From the NCBI GenBank assembly GCA_903835075.1, contig CAILLM010000008.1:25498-89497 (forward strand): a stretch of 64,000 nucleotides of DNA, read 5' to 3'. The translations under genes and the position numbers were made by a program. Origin of the DNA: Candidatus Staskawiczbacteria bacterium. Lineage in GTDB: Bacteria > Patescibacteriota > Minisyncoccia > Minisyncoccales > Staskawiczbacteraceae. A model generated the notes under the pieces. The model saw only the letters and a list, made by a program, of their open reading frames with translations. It made no database searches and had not been told where the DNA came from. Positions within the stretch are counted from its first letter, which is position 1, and each line of letters begins with the position of its first letter. Of this stretch, positions 38,702 to 48,692 are shown in pieces.

Positions 38702-39906
38702 ATTGTTCCAAGTGCTCCATAGAGCGGTTCTATTACCGAAATTGCTAAAAATGCAACGCCAATGCCCATAAAAACAATCAAAATTGGCTCTAAAAGTGAT
38801 GTAAACGTTGCAATTGCTCTTTGTACTTCTTTATTATAGAAATTAACTATTTGCATTAAGTTTTTGTCTAAAGTTCCTGTTTCTTCACCAACTTGTACCA
38901 TTTGAACCACAAATGCAGGAGCATAATCGGGATATTTTACCAAAACAGAGCTTATTTTTTCTCCTTCAGAAACTCTTTCTTCGGTTTCAGCTAGAATTCT
39001 CATATAAACAGAATTGCCAACAATGTCTTTTGTAATTTTTAATGCATTAGTAATTGAAAGGCCTGCTCCAATTAAGGTGGAAATATTTTCAGCAAATCTG
39101 ATTAAAAATGTTTTCTTAAGAAACCCTCCAAAAAATGGTATTTTTAAAGAAATTTCATCCCAAGTTTTTCTGCCCTCTTTGGTGGTAAAATAATATATTA
39201 TTCCAGCCAAAATAGCAGCCACTCCAAGTATTAGAACCCAACCATAACTTCCTAAAAATCCGTAGAAATTAATCATTGCCTGAGTAAATGCAGGCGGTTT
39301 TGAGGTTGTTTCTTTCAACAAATCAACAAGCTTTGGCATAACAAACAAAACAACTATTGGAAGCACTATCAACATAATAAAAATAACAAAAGCAGGATAA
39401 ATCATAGCTCCTGTTATTTGAGATGATATATCAGCTTCTCTTTCTAAGTGATCTGATAGGTAAGACAAAGATTCAGAAATTTTTCCCGATGCTTCTCCGG
39501 TTTTCATCAAGCTAATATAAAAAATATTGAACACTTCTGGGTATACAGCCAATGCTTCTGACAAAGGACTTCCCTCTTCAACCAATTGAGCTACTTTAAA
39601 AATTTTTTCTTTGAATGCAGGATTTTTTACTTGCAAAGACAAACTTTTTAAACTTTGCGTAACTGGCACCCTAGATTGCAACATAACTGATAATTCTCTT
39701 GAAAATATTGCTAAATCTTTTTTGGAAACTTTATTTAAAAAACCAACATTTTCCGAACGAAAAATTAAAGGACTTTGCTCTTTTATGGATGTAACATAAA
39801 TATTATATTTTTGTAAAAGAAGTGCAGCTGCATCTTTAGATGAAGCTTCCACTGTCCCTGTTTCCATTTTCCCTTCTTTACTTCTAGCCTGATAAAAATA
39901 TTTCAT
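38698..39906 (-). CDS. pilC: Type IV pilus assembly platform protein PilC (GspF family)
   Basis: 402 aa, two GspF repeats, three TM segments. Confidence 0.85.
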   Translation of the reverse strand: MKYFYQARSKEGKMETGTVEASSKDAAALLLQKYNIYVTSIKEQSPLIFRSENVGFLNKVSKKDLAIFSRELSVMLQSRVPVTQSLKSLSLQVKNPAFKEKIFKVAQLVEEGSPLSEALAVYPEVFNIFYISLMKTGEASGKISESLSYLSDHLEREADISSQITGAMIYPAFVIFIMLIVLPIVVLFVMPKLVDLLKETTSKPPAFTQAMINFYGFLGSYGWVLILGVAAILAGIIYYFTTKEGRKTWDEISLKIPFFGGFLKKTFLIRFAENISTLIGAGLSITNALKITKDIVGNSVYMRILAETEERVSEGEKISSVLVKYPDYAPAFVVQMVQVGEETGTLDKNLMQIVNFYNKEVQRAIATFTSLLEPILIVFMGIGVAFLAISVIEPLYGALGTI

Positions 39907-39912
39907 TTAAAA

Positions 39913-40977
39913 TTAACGTAATAAATTCCTTACTTCTGATGGGTCCACAGCGTAATCCATAGCATTTTTCAAAGATATTTCTTTTCTTCTAACCAAATCA
40001 ACCATTGCTCTATTGGAAGAAATCATTCCCTCTTTTGACGAAGTTTCTATAACAGCAGGAATTTCATGTATTTTATTTTCTCTTATTAAGTTAGAAACTG
40101 CATTATTGTTTATCAAAACTTCGCAAACAGGAATAAACCCACCCTTAATCCTTGGAATCAATCTTTGAGAAACAACCCCCAAAAGAGAAGACGACAATTG
40201 AAATTTTATTTGGTCTTGTTGTTCAGCAGGAAAAACATCAACTATTCTGTGAATTGTTTGAGCAGCAGAATTAGTGTGTAATGTTGCAAAGACCAAATGA
40301 CCTGTTTCAGCAGCAGTTATGGTTGTAGCAATTGTTTCTAAGTCTCTCATCTCTCCCACCATAATTACATCTGGGTTTTGACGAAGCGTTGCTCGCAAAG
40401 CATTGTTAAAATTCAAAGTATCAATTAAAACTTCTCTTTGATCAATAATTGCCCTGTCTGTAGGATAAGTGTATTCAATTGGGTCTTCAACTGTAATAAT
40501 GTGTACAGCCCTAGTATGATTTATTTCATCAATCATGGCTGCCAATGTTGTAGATTTTCCTTGGCTAGTGGCTCCAGTTATTAAAATTAACCCCTGCGGA
40601 CGAGCCAAAAAATCGTGCAAAATTGGTGGCAAACCAAGCTCTTCTATTGTTCTTATTTTAGAAGGTATAAAACGTAAAGCCAAGCTTATGCTACCTCTTT
40701 GAAAAAATATATTTACACGGAATCTACCCTTGTCTTCGTGCTGGTAAGAAAAATCTATTTCTTTTTCTTCCATAAATTTCTTTTGTTGTAATTCTGACAT
40801 TATAGAAAGAGCCATACCCTTAGAATCTTCTGGTGTAACTATCTTTTCTTTGCTCAACGGAACAAGCTGACCAGTTATGCGTATGTTTGGAGCGTGGCCC
40901 ACAGAAATATCTATGTCAGAAGCTTCCTCCTGAACTGCTGTGTCCAAAAGTTTTTTTACATATGTTAAATAATCCAT
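39913..40977 (-). CDS. pilT: Type IV pilus retraction ATPase PilT
   Basis: 354 aa. Walker A GATSQGKST, Asp box, His box GHLVFATLHTNSAAQT; no GspE N-terminal extension. Confidence 0.85.
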   Translation of the reverse strand: MDYLTYVKKLLDTAVQEEASDIDISVGHAPNIRITGQLVPLSKEKIVTPEDSKGMALSIMSELQQKKFMEEKEIDFSYQHEDKGRFRVNIFFQRGSISLALRFIPSKIRTIEELGLPPILHDFLARPQGLILITGATSQGKSTTLAAMIDEINHTRAVHIITVEDPIEYTYPTDRAIIDQREVLIDTLNFNNALRATLRQNPDVIMVGEMRDLETIATTITAAETGHLVFATLHTNSAAQTIHRIVDVFPAEQQDQIKFQLSSSLLGVVSQRLIPRIKGGFIPVCEVLINNNAVSNLIRENKIHEIPAVIETSSKEGMISSNRAMVDLVRRKEISLKNAMDYAVDPSEVRNLLR

Positions 40978-41026
40978 AAGTTAAAATTTTAATATTATAT
41001 TTTAAACTTTTAGTTTAAAATTCCGG

Positions 41027-42766
41027 CTATATATCTCTTTCTTCAGTAACCCTAACCACTTCTTCAATTGTAGTGACACCATTTAAAACCTTTAATATTC
41101 CTTCTTGTTCCATTGTAAGCATGCCCTGTTTTTGAGCTACTTTGAAAATTGCACTTTCCATAGGGTTGGTTTGTATCAACTGTGCCAGCTCATCTGTCAT
41201 AGATAAAACTTCATAAAGACCCACCCTACCCGTGTATCCTATAAACCCACAGGACTCACATCCTTTTGCTGTATATAATAATAATGGGTCATCTATTTTT
41301 AAATCTTTCTTTTCAGATGCGGGAATACTTTTTACTCTTTCTAAAATATAATTTTTTATTTTATCTGATGGATTTATTTTTATTTTACATTGCGGACACA
41401 AAGTTCTGACAAGCCTTTGTGAAATAACCACTCGCAAAGTAGATGGAATTAAAAATGGTTTTACACCCATATCTATTAACCTTGGCACCACGCCAGTTGA
41501 CGAGTTTGTGTGCAACGTAGACAAAACAATATGTCCAGTTAATGCAGCATTTATAACCAAACTAGCTGTTTCCTCATCTCTAATTTCTCCAACCATTATA
41601 ACATTAGGGTCTTGTCTTAAAATTTGTCTCAAACCTTGTGCAAAAGTATAACCTATTTCTGGTCGCACCTGAGACTGGTTAATCCCTGCAATAGAATATT
41701 CTACAGGGTCTTCTATGGTAACAATATTAACTGAATCTTGATTCAAAATACGCAAAATTGCATATTGGGTTGTTGTTTTTCCAGATCCCGTAGGCCCTGT
41801 AAACAAAATCATTCCATATGGTTTTTTTATTGCGTCTTTAACAATTTCCAAACTTCTTGTAGAAAGACCTAGTTGTTCAAAAGTTCTTAATCCAGTTGAA
41901 GGATCCAAAACCCTAAGTTCAGTTTTTTCACCATATAAAGTTGGAAATGTAGCAACCCTAAAATCAATTTCTTTATCATTTATTTTTGTAGAAAATCTTC
42001 CATCTTGAGGAATTCTATTTTCATCTATTTTCAAACCAGAAAGAATCTTAATTCTGGCAACAATAGCCAAGTGAACTTTTAGTGGCAAGGTCAAATTTGA
42101 ATACAAAATACCTCCAATACGAAAACGTACAATTAGCTTGTCTCTATTTGGTTCTATATGCACGTCAGAAGCACCGCTTTCAACTGCATGCCTCAATATA
42201 ACCAAAACCATTTTTATGATTGGGGCTTCTTCTGTTTTTGTTTCGTCTAAGTTGGTTTGGCTTAAATTATCTAATATTTTCTCGGTTTCTTCAGGTAAAG
42301 TTTCCAACACTTTCTTTGTTTCAGTAGATATATTTTTTCTTTGTTTCAAAAGCCTTGCCAAATCTCCTGGGGTTATTAAACATGTTTTATATTTAAAATT
42401 TTCTTGATTAGCCAAAAATCTTAAAGCATTTTGCGCAACAATGTCTTCAGGGTAAACCATGCCAATCATCAAATAATTTTTCTGGCCGTCTAAGTCTTTT
42501 TGTATGGCCATTATTTTATAATTAACAGAAGCTTCTTCTGGTATTAATTCTAAAATATCAGACGATATTTGGTCTGCATCAACTTTTACAAGATTAATTC
42601 CTAAAACTTTACTCTTTAAATCAAAAAGTGTATCTTCTGTAACAATATTATCTTCCAAAATTAAATCCTCCTCTGTTTTTCCGAGTTTTTTTACCTTTTT
42701 TTTATAATCATTCATTTGACTCTCAGATAATAAACCTTGAGCAAATAATTCTTGTAGTAGTTTCAT
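41027..42766 (-). CDS. pilB: Type IV pilus assembly ATPase PilB (GspE family)
   Basis: 579 aa. GspE_N-type N-terminal domain, Walker A GPTGSGKTT, tetracysteine CPQC...CESC motif, His box. Confidence 0.9.
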   Translation of the reverse strand: MKLLQELFAQGLLSESQMNDYKKKVKKLGKTEEDLILEDNIVTEDTLFDLKSKVLGINLVKVDADQISSDILELIPEEASVNYKIMAIQKDLDGQKNYLMIGMVYPEDIVAQNALRFLANQENFKYKTCLITPGDLARLLKQRKNISTETKKVLETLPEETEKILDNLSQTNLDETKTEEAPIIKMVLVILRHAVESGASDVHIEPNRDKLIVRFRIGGILYSNLTLPLKVHLAIVARIKILSGLKIDENRIPQDGRFSTKINDKEIDFRVATFPTLYGEKTELRVLDPSTGLRTFEQLGLSTRSLEIVKDAIKKPYGMILFTGPTGSGKTTTQYAILRILNQDSVNIVTIEDPVEYSIAGINQSQVRPEIGYTFAQGLRQILRQDPNVIMVGEIRDEETASLVINAALTGHIVLSTLHTNSSTGVVPRLIDMGVKPFLIPSTLRVVISQRLVRTLCPQCKIKINPSDKIKNYILERVKSIPASEKKDLKIDDPLLLYTAKGCESCGFIGYTGRVGLYEVLSMTDELAQLIQTNPMESAIFKVAQKQGMLTMEQEGILKVLNGVTTIEEVVRVTEERDI

Positions 42767-42799
42767 TGATAAAAAATTTTAATTTTAATTTTTTAATTT

Positions 42800-43258
42800 T
42801 TATGGCGTTGTTGATGAAGCTGCCGCAGGAGTCACTGGCGGTACAACGGGAGCTGCCACAACAGTATAATATGGCACAAAAGGATTGTCTCTGCCAAGCT
42901 TAACTTCTTCTAAGAAAGTTACCGTTAACCCCATCCCCTCTAATGTTTTTTTTGCTTCGTCTACTGATTCAGCAGAGATAAACCCTGTTTCAACAATTTT
43001 GCTTCTATTCAATGCCCTATAATTGTACTGGAATCCCATAACAGGAGAATCATGAAGATTTCTGAATCTCTGAGAATCAAAAATACTCATATCAATGTTG
43101 ATTTTTGATTTATTAAAAACTACTGATGGTGAAACTGCTTTTGGCTTAGCAAAAAAAATTCCCAAAGAAATAAATCCTATAAACAATAAAAATCCCAATG
43201 TGATTATCACAAAAAATGCCCTTTGTCTTTTCTTTGGTGATATAAAAACTACTGCCAT
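42800..43258 (-). CDS. Membrane-anchored hypothetical protein in the pilus cluster (possibly PilP-like)
   Basis: N-terminal TM, Pro/Val-rich C-terminus; assigned only by position between pilB and the pilO-like gene. Confidence 0.3.
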   Translation of the reverse strand: MAVVFISPKKRQRAFFVIITLGFLLFIGFISLGIFFAKPKAVSPSVVFNKSKINIDMSIFDSQRFRNLHDSPVMGFQYNYRALNRSKIVETGFISAESVDEAKKTLEGMGLTVTFLEEVKLGRDNPFVPYYTVVAAPVVPPVTPAAASSTTP

Positions 43259-43263
43259 GCTTT

Positions 43264-43794
43264 TTAGTATGAATAAGTTTTTACTTGTAAACTAAAATTA
43301 TATGGTGGCCCTGATTGCGTTCCAAAAGAAATGCTAGTTACTTCAAAAATTCGTGAGGAATCCTCTAGGGCAATCATAAATCCTTCAAGCGAAGGGTAAC
43401 CCCCCAATAAATCTAGAGAAAAAGTTATTTCTTTAGTGGTTGCCCCTTTGCTAGCAGTTCCACCCTGTGCTGATTTTGACAAAAATAAACTTTTTACAAT
43501 TAAACCATTTTTCTTGGCTGTTTCCTGTAAATAATAAACTGTTTTGCCAAGATTTGGATCTGAAGACAGGGCGTCATCTATTTTTCCAATATCGCTTTTT
43601 CTATTTTCTAAATCATAATAAATTTTGTCTATTGCTGCATAATAATCGTGCTGGGCAACATATTCTGCCATTTTTTCTCCAAGTTGCGACTGTAACTTCT
43701 TAAATGTGTTGTATTCTGGCATTACTAGAAAAAATACCAATAACAAAATTATTATAACAATTAAGCCAATAGCAATGGGTCTATCAAGTGTCAT
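43264..43794 (-). CDS. PilO-like type IV pilus biogenesis protein
   Basis: N-terminal TM, coiled-coil, C-terminal ferredoxin-like region; size and position match PilO. Confidence 0.45.
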   Translation of the reverse strand: MTLDRPIAIGLIVIIILLLVFFLVMPEYNTFKKLQSQLGEKMAEYVAQHDYYAAIDKIYYDLENRKSDIGKIDDALSSDPNLGKTVYYLQETAKKNGLIVKSLFLSKSAQGGTASKGATTKEITFSLDLLGGYPSLEGFMIALEDSSRIFEVTSISFGTQSGPPYNFSLQVKTYSY

Positions 43795-43798
43795 ATAA

Positions 43799-44878
43799 TT
43801 ATTTTCTAGGAATGCCGTTCATATTTTTTTTATTTCGACCTCTTATTAAAAACAAAGCAACAAGTAAAATTATTACTACCGCAACCACAACTAACCCCAA
43901 TATAATTATAATTTTAGAATTACTGGATTTATTATTTTTTTGATCAACGGCAACCGGAGGGGCTAATATCACTTTTACCTGATAATTCTGAGCTGAATTG
44001 TCTGAAGCAATAACGCTATAAGTTACAGGCTCTGTGAAATCTTGTGGGAGAAGAGAAGCAGGCGCCACCGTTGTTCCAGGAGAAACTACTATGGCAGGAG
44101 TTAAATTCTTGATATCTGTATCATGCGGGACAGTTAATGTGATTATATGAGTTGTTTGATCTACCTGCCCTATAACTTCTGGGTCTAACAAAATATGGAA
44201 TGATGTTATTAACTTTTGACCATTATTAATGAGAGTAACGGCTGGTTGTTTTGTACTTGGCGGGGCGGTATTAGTGATTACAAGTGGCGTTGTTGTGGTT
44301 GCAGATTGTTCCGATGTTGCACTATTCTGTGCTGAAGCTATGTCGGAAAGATAATTAAATATAGAAGAATCTAACACAAGCCCTATATTAAACTCTGTTC
44401 TAGCAGACTGACCCAATGAAGAGTTAAATGTTCCTATATTTTTAACATATTTATTTTGTTCAAGTGAAGCAACCTGCCTAGAAAAAGCATCTAAGTTATC
44501 TGATTCGCCATTTAGCTGCACAGCTCCATTTTTTTCATCTAAGCTGAACTGACTAAACCAAATATTCGGCATGGTTTGCGCTTGCATAAAAGCGAAAACG
44601 TTAGAAGCAAACTCATGATTTTTCAACAACACTGTAAAATCATTAATTTTTTTCTGATAACTCATGACTTCTGTTTCATGTTGTTTTTGTTGTAGGGTGC
44701 CTACACCTTGTAAGGATGTCGCCTCATCTTTAATTTGCTGTCTTATCATTCCATTTTTAAACATAAAAATAAAATAACAAAGAACTGTAGCTATCAACAG
44801 AGACATCACAAAATAGAAGATGACATCCATCCACCAGAATTTCTTGGTCCTTAGTTGAAAAATCACGGAAAGGTCCAT
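43799..44878 (-). CDS. PilN-like type IV pilus biogenesis protein with extended Thr-rich C-terminal region and C-terminal TM
   Basis: N-terminal short cytoplasmic segment, TM and coiled-coil as in PilN. Lies between the pilM and pilO-like genes. Confidence 0.4.
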   Translation of the reverse strand: MDLSVIFQLRTKKFWWMDVIFYFVMSLLIATVLCYFIFMFKNGMIRQQIKDEATSLQGVGTLQQKQHETEVMSYQKKINDFTVLLKNHEFASNVFAFMQAQTMPNIWFSQFSLDEKNGAVQLNGESDNLDAFSRQVASLEQNKYVKNIGTFNSSLGQSARTEFNIGLVLDSSIFNYLSDIASAQNSATSEQSATTTTPLVITNTAPPSTKQPAVTLINNGQKLITSFHILLDPEVIGQVDQTTHIITLTVPHDTDIKNLTPAIVVSPGTTVAPASLLPQDFTEPVTYSVIASDNSAQNYQVKVILAPPVAVDQKNNKSSNSKIIIILGLVVVAVVIILLVALFLIRGRNKKNMNGIPRK

Positions 44879-44938
44879 TTCTATTTATTTATTATACCTG
44901 CCCGTCTACAGGCAGGCAACTAATTAGTTTGATATGCA

Positions 44939-46054
44939 TTACGTTTCTAGCCCACCTAGGGCCACGCCCATTGCCACTGAAAAGCTTGGTGCTATTTTCT
45001 CAAGAGTGTTTCCCAAAATTGGCGGATACAAAAGCTCGGAGAAGCAATTTGGAATTTCTACTTTTATTTTCAAAACTTCAGCAAAATACTCTTTAAGGCC
45101 TGGTAAATTTGAAGTGCCACCTGTTAAATAAATTGCGTCTATTTCTTTTCCTTCTTGTTGATAAAAATCAGATAATACTTTTTTAACTTCAATTATCAAA
45201 GGGTCAATTAATAAATACAAAGTTTTAGAAATTTCTTCCTTAGAAGAGGTCAGTCCTTCTTTATTTTTCAATTCTTCTGCTTGTTCATGACCCAAATCTA
45301 AAGCCGAAGCAATACTATATGTAAGCTGGCTTCCTGCAAAATTAAAACTATAGCTTTTCTTCAAAGAACCTTTTCCAATAATATTAATGGTTGTGCTCTG
45401 AACTCCAATGTCTATTAAGCAAACATAATTTCGATTCCCTCTAACCAGTGACCTCACCAAACCCAAAGCTTCCGCCTCTACAGCATAAAGGTCTATACCT
45501 GCCAATTGAGCGACTTTTTGATAATCTTGGATTACTTGGTTTGGGATCGCAACCAAAAATATTTTAAGTCCAGACTGTTTATCCCCTGGGGTGCCACCTA
45601 TTAATTGCCAATCTAGTGTTGTTTCTGAAACTGGTAATGGTATGTACTGAGACGCATTGTAATAAACCGCATCTTTTAGTTCATTTGCATTCATTGGCGG
45701 TAATTCAAAAGATGTGCAAAAAGTTGAAAAATCTGGGATTGAGAATATTACTGCCCTTGTCTTTATTTTTGCCTCATCTAAAACAGCTCTCACTGCCCTA
45801 GAAACAAAATAATTAGAAAGTAAATAGCTCCCCTTTTCTACGCCACGAAACGGCTCTTTATAAAGAGAAGATGACTTAATTTCTGCATAATTCTCTAATG
45901 TTTTTCCCTGACCCCAGCGCGACAATTCTACAACCTTAATTCCAGCTGTACCAATATCAATTCCTACCATTTTTTTAGGGAAAAACATCTTCAAGGGATT
46001 AGAGAAAATATTCAATTTATCTATATTAAATTTTTCAAGCGGATTTGATGCCAT
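44939..46054 (-). CDS. pilM: Type IV pilus assembly protein PilM (actin-like ATPase)
   Basis: MVGIDIGTAGIKVVEL N-terminus, FtsA/actin-like fold, 371 aa. Confidence 0.8.
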   Translation of the reverse strand: MASNPLEKFNIDKLNIFSNPLKMFFPKKMVGIDIGTAGIKVVELSRWGQGKTLENYAEIKSSSLYKEPFRGVEKGSYLLSNYFVSRAVRAVLDEAKIKTRAVIFSIPDFSTFCTSFELPPMNANELKDAVYYNASQYIPLPVSETTLDWQLIGGTPGDKQSGLKIFLVAIPNQVIQDYQKVAQLAGIDLYAVEAEALGLVRSLVRGNRNYVCLIDIGVQSTTINIIGKGSLKKSYSFNFAGSQLTYSIASALDLGHEQAEELKNKEGLTSSKEEISKTLYLLIDPLIIEVKKVLSDFYQQEGKEIDAIYLTGGTSNLPGLKEYFAEVLKIKVEIPNCFSELLYPPILGNTLEKIAPSFSVAMGVALGGLET

Positions 46055-46094
46055 AATTAATTTTATTATATAATTAAATCAATACAAAAACACT

Positions 46095-46829
46095 GTGGAT
46101 AACTTTAAAGACTTTTTGCTCAATTTAATCTTCCCAAAATTCTGCTTGGGGTGCCAAAAAGAAGGCATTTATTTGTGCGATGATTGTCGACATGTTTTAG
46201 ATATTAATGAATTCAATTACTGCCTTTGTGATAATATGCCCAATCGCCTTCCCCAAAATCAAACAAGTGGCAAGTGTAGTAGATGCCAAAACAAAAATCT
46301 TTCTGGGATTTATTCTGCCCTTTCTTACAAACAACAACTAGTTAAAAAATTAATTTATCAATTTAAATATCAGCCATATTTAAAAGACTTATCACAAACT
46401 TTAGCAAGTATTGTTGTAGAGTGCTTATTTTTAGCAGGAAAAAATACAGAAGAAGTTTGGCAAAACTCTATTTTGATTCCCGTGCCCACAGATAAAAAGA
46501 AATTAAAAAATAGAGGATACAACCAATCTAAAGAATTAGCTGAAGAATTATCAAAAATTTTAAAAATTCCTGTAGTTACCGACACATTAATTAAAATTAA
46601 ACCAACAAAACCCCAAATGGAATTAAATAAAATTGAAAGAGAAAAAAATTTACTGGATGCTTTCTGTATAAATACAAATTTGGCTAAGTCCGACTTAACC
46701 AAATTTTCTAAGATATTTTTAGTTGATGATGTTTATACAACGGGATCTACAATGGAAGAATGTGCGAAAATTCTTAAGCGCGCCGGAGCAAAAGAAATTT
46801 GGGGTATCGTGATTGCTCGCGAAGGCTGA
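46095..46829 (+). CDS. comFC: ComF family competence protein (ComFC-type phosphoribosyltransferase with N-terminal zinc finger)
   Basis: CLGCQKEG...CDDCRH and CSRC zinc-ribbon Cys pairs; C-terminal PRTase motif IFLVDDVYTTGSTM. The start is a GTG. Confidence 0.8.
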   Translation: MDNFKDFLLNLIFPKFCLGCQKEGIYLCDDCRHVLDINEFNYCLCDNMPNRLPQNQTSGKCSRCQNKNLSGIYSALSYKQQLVKKLIYQFKYQPYLKDLSQTLASIVVECLFLAGKNTEEVWQNSILIPVPTDKKKLKNRGYNQSKELAEELSKILKIPVVTDTLIKIKPTKPQMELNKIEREKNLLDAFCINTNLAKSDLTKFSKIFLVDDVYTTGSTMEECAKILKRAGAKEIWGIVIAREG

Positions 46830-46848
46830 CCAATGATTGAAAATAAAA

Positions 46849-46870
46849 TAAAAAAAATCGGGGTGCATGC
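46849..46870. terminator. Hairpin (CGGGGTGCATGCACGCCCG) between convergent comFC and the phosphatidyltransferase gene
   Basis: Near-perfect palindrome preceded by an A-run. Confidence 0.4.
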
Positions 46871-46899
46871 ACGCCCGACAACTACTTCATGAAAGGAAT

Positions 46900-47481
46900 T
46901 TATCCAACAAGCCCCTGGCTATGGCGCCAAAAACTCATGATTCCAAACATCGCTGCAGCCAAAAGTACAAAAAATACTGTTGGCGTTGCACAAAATGAAA
47001 TCTTAACACCAAGGTGGTGTTCAACAATAACAATTGCAGGGCAAGCGAGAACACCTATACAAGCAGCAATCATTTTAAATTTGCCCCACTTACCAGCAGA
47101 GACATCTTTATTATGAACTAGGGCAACAACCCACGTGACACACAAACCCAATTCAATGACTACTAAAAGCCATGCAATGTATTTTAATTCGTAAGCTATG
47201 CGTGCGTCCAAAATTATGAACGCATACATTACGAACTGAAGATACTTGTCCGCAAGACGATCGGCGGCCTTTCCAAATTGGCTAACAATGTTATTTTTGC
47301 GAGCAATGTATCCGTCTACGCCATCAGTTAGGGCTGCAATTAGGCCAATTGTGAAAATTGACCAAATCATCTGGCGGTGCCATATAACCTGCCAAAGCAG
47401 AAAAGTTGTAAGCCAAACTCTGCACATAGTCACAATGTTAGCTAGGTTTCTTTGAAACCAGGTCTTTTTACTTGTGTTCAT
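46900..47481 (-). CDS. CDP-alcohol phosphatidyltransferase (PgsA-like)
   Basis: D-G-x2-A-R...G...D...D motif: DGVDGYIARKNNIVSQFGKAADRLADK. Multi-TM. An AGGAGG Shine-Dalgarno sits 8 nt upstream of the ATG. Confidence 0.75.
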   Translation of the reverse strand: MNTSKKTWFQRNLANIVTMCRVWLTTFLLWQVIWHRQMIWSIFTIGLIAALTDGVDGYIARKNNIVSQFGKAADRLADKYLQFVMYAFIILDARIAYELKYIAWLLVVIELGLCVTWVVALVHNKDVSAGKWGKFKMIAACIGVLACPAIVIVEHHLGVKISFCATPTVFFVLLAAAMFGIMSFWRHSQGLVG

Positions 47482-47584
47482 TTGAGTAATTCCTCCTCTT
47501 TTTTGCTATATTATCAAAGGGCTTTTCCCTTTGTTTCTGATTATAAATATTAAAATAATTTATGTTTTAAGTCAACAAAAAAGC

Positions 47585-47617
47585 GACCCAGAACTTGTCG
47601 AAGGATCGCTTTTTTAA
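47585..47617 (-). terminator. Terminator-like hairpin downstream of the 47622 gene, containing the CTTGTCGAAGG repeat core
   Basis: AAAAAAGCGACCCAGAACTTGTCGAAGGATCGCTTTTTT: imperfect stem with flanking A/T runs. It shares CTTGTCGAAGG with 17536-17547. Confidence 0.45.
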
Positions 47618-47621
47618 TTTT

Positions 47622-48014
47622 CTATATTTTTTCTACTGTTTCCCAATCACCCTCCACCCAAAGCAAAATAACCTCTACAGGGAAACCAAAAGACTCAACA
47701 GCTTCTTTACATTTTTTCAATTGCTCTATTTGTTCTTCTTTTGGTACGGGATTGCCAGCACAACCAAAATGTCCTGCAACTGCAACAACTTTTGATCCAT
47801 GGTGTTCAACGGAAATTGCCACTCTTTTTTTGATATCTTCTATTATGGCCATATCACAAGCCTCATGATTACAAATAATTCTATTAGGGCCAGGTTCAGT
47901 TACCATGTCCACGTAATCAACGCTGTAATTATTTTTCATATAATTTTTAACAGCGTCTTGGACTCTACCATCCATGCAATTTATTGCACATGCAAATGTT
48001 TTATCTGATATCAT
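47622..48014 (-). CDS. Beta-class carbonic anhydrase-like protein (short)
   Basis: CMDGR and GHFGCAG correspond to the C-x-D-x-R and H-x-x-C-G zinc-ligand motifs of beta-CAs. The ATG at 48014 is taken as the start (the track start at 48059 is a TTG). At 130 aa it is shorter than typical. Confidence 0.4.
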   Translation of the reverse strand: MISDKTFACAINCMDGRVQDAVKNYMKNNYSVDYVDMVTEPGPNRIICNHEACDMAIIEDIKKRVAISVEHHGSKVVAVAGHFGCAGNPVPKEEQIEQLKKCKEAVESFGFPVEVILLWVEGDWETVEKI

Positions 48015-48103
48015 ATTATTAAGCGAGGCAATAAACTTTTTGCAGGCCTCAGGACACAAAGTGCCTGATAGCCGGAAAAAAGATTGTTGCCGAGCTATAA
48101 TTA

Positions 48104-48685
48104 CTATTTATGAAAGCCTAGGTCTGCTGGGTTATTTCCGCCAGAAATTAAGGTAATTTTCCCGCCTCTAGACTCAAATTCTTTTCTTAATTTTTTAACT
48201 TCAACTGACAAATTTACTGTTTCTTCCCCTATTTCATATTTAACATGACCTTTTGACCAATATTCTACAACTAATTTACTGTCACCAAAAATCTTACCAG
48301 CCCTGAGTCGCGTCGAAGGGTCTTTCATTTCTTTTAATGCTAATTCCAAGGCTTTTTTACAAGCAAGTAATTCTCCATAATTATTTGTAACACCATGCCC
48401 CAAATTTTCTCGTAAAAAACTTTTCCCATTTTTATCAGCCACCTGAATTTCAACTCCTTCGCCACTCCCCGTGCCCGCGTCAAAATAAATTCCGTCTTCA
48501 ACAGCAATATTTTTTATTTTATAATCAGCCCCTGCATTTAGCCAAGCCTCGGCCGCCTCTTCTGTTTCAAAACCTTTAAATTTTGCGCCATTTTTACCTG
48601 CAACAATTTCTTGGCATTCTGGCCAGTTATCAGTTATCCCCTGCTTGCCATCAACTAAATATGCATAATATTTTCTTTTTGCCAT
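48104..48685 (-). CDS. rnhA: Ribonuclease HI with N-terminal hybrid-binding (caulimovirus viroplasmin-like) domain
   Basis: N-terminal YYAYLVDGKQGITDNWPECQEIVAGKNGAKFKGFETEEAAEAWL; RNase H core DAGTG...TNNYGELLACKKAL...GDSKLV. Contains the in-frame GC-rich insertion PSTRLRAGK. Confidence 0.75.
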   Translation of the reverse strand: MAKRKYYAYLVDGKQGITDNWPECQEIVAGKNGAKFKGFETEEAAEAWLNAGADYKIKNIAVEDGIYFDAGTGSGEGVEIQVADKNGKSFLRENLGHGVTNNYGELLACKKALELALKEMKDPSTRLRAGKIFGDSKLVVEYWSKGHVKYEIGEETVNLSVEVKKLRKEFESRGGKITLISGGNNPADLGFHK

Positions 48686-48692
48686 TTCAAAA

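Noticed and set aside
47622-48059. Treating the 145-aa track ORF as a full-length beta-carbonic anhydrase
   Set aside because: Only the two zinc-ligand motifs match and the protein is a third shorter than typical beta-CAs; the call is kept as low-confidence 'CA-like'.
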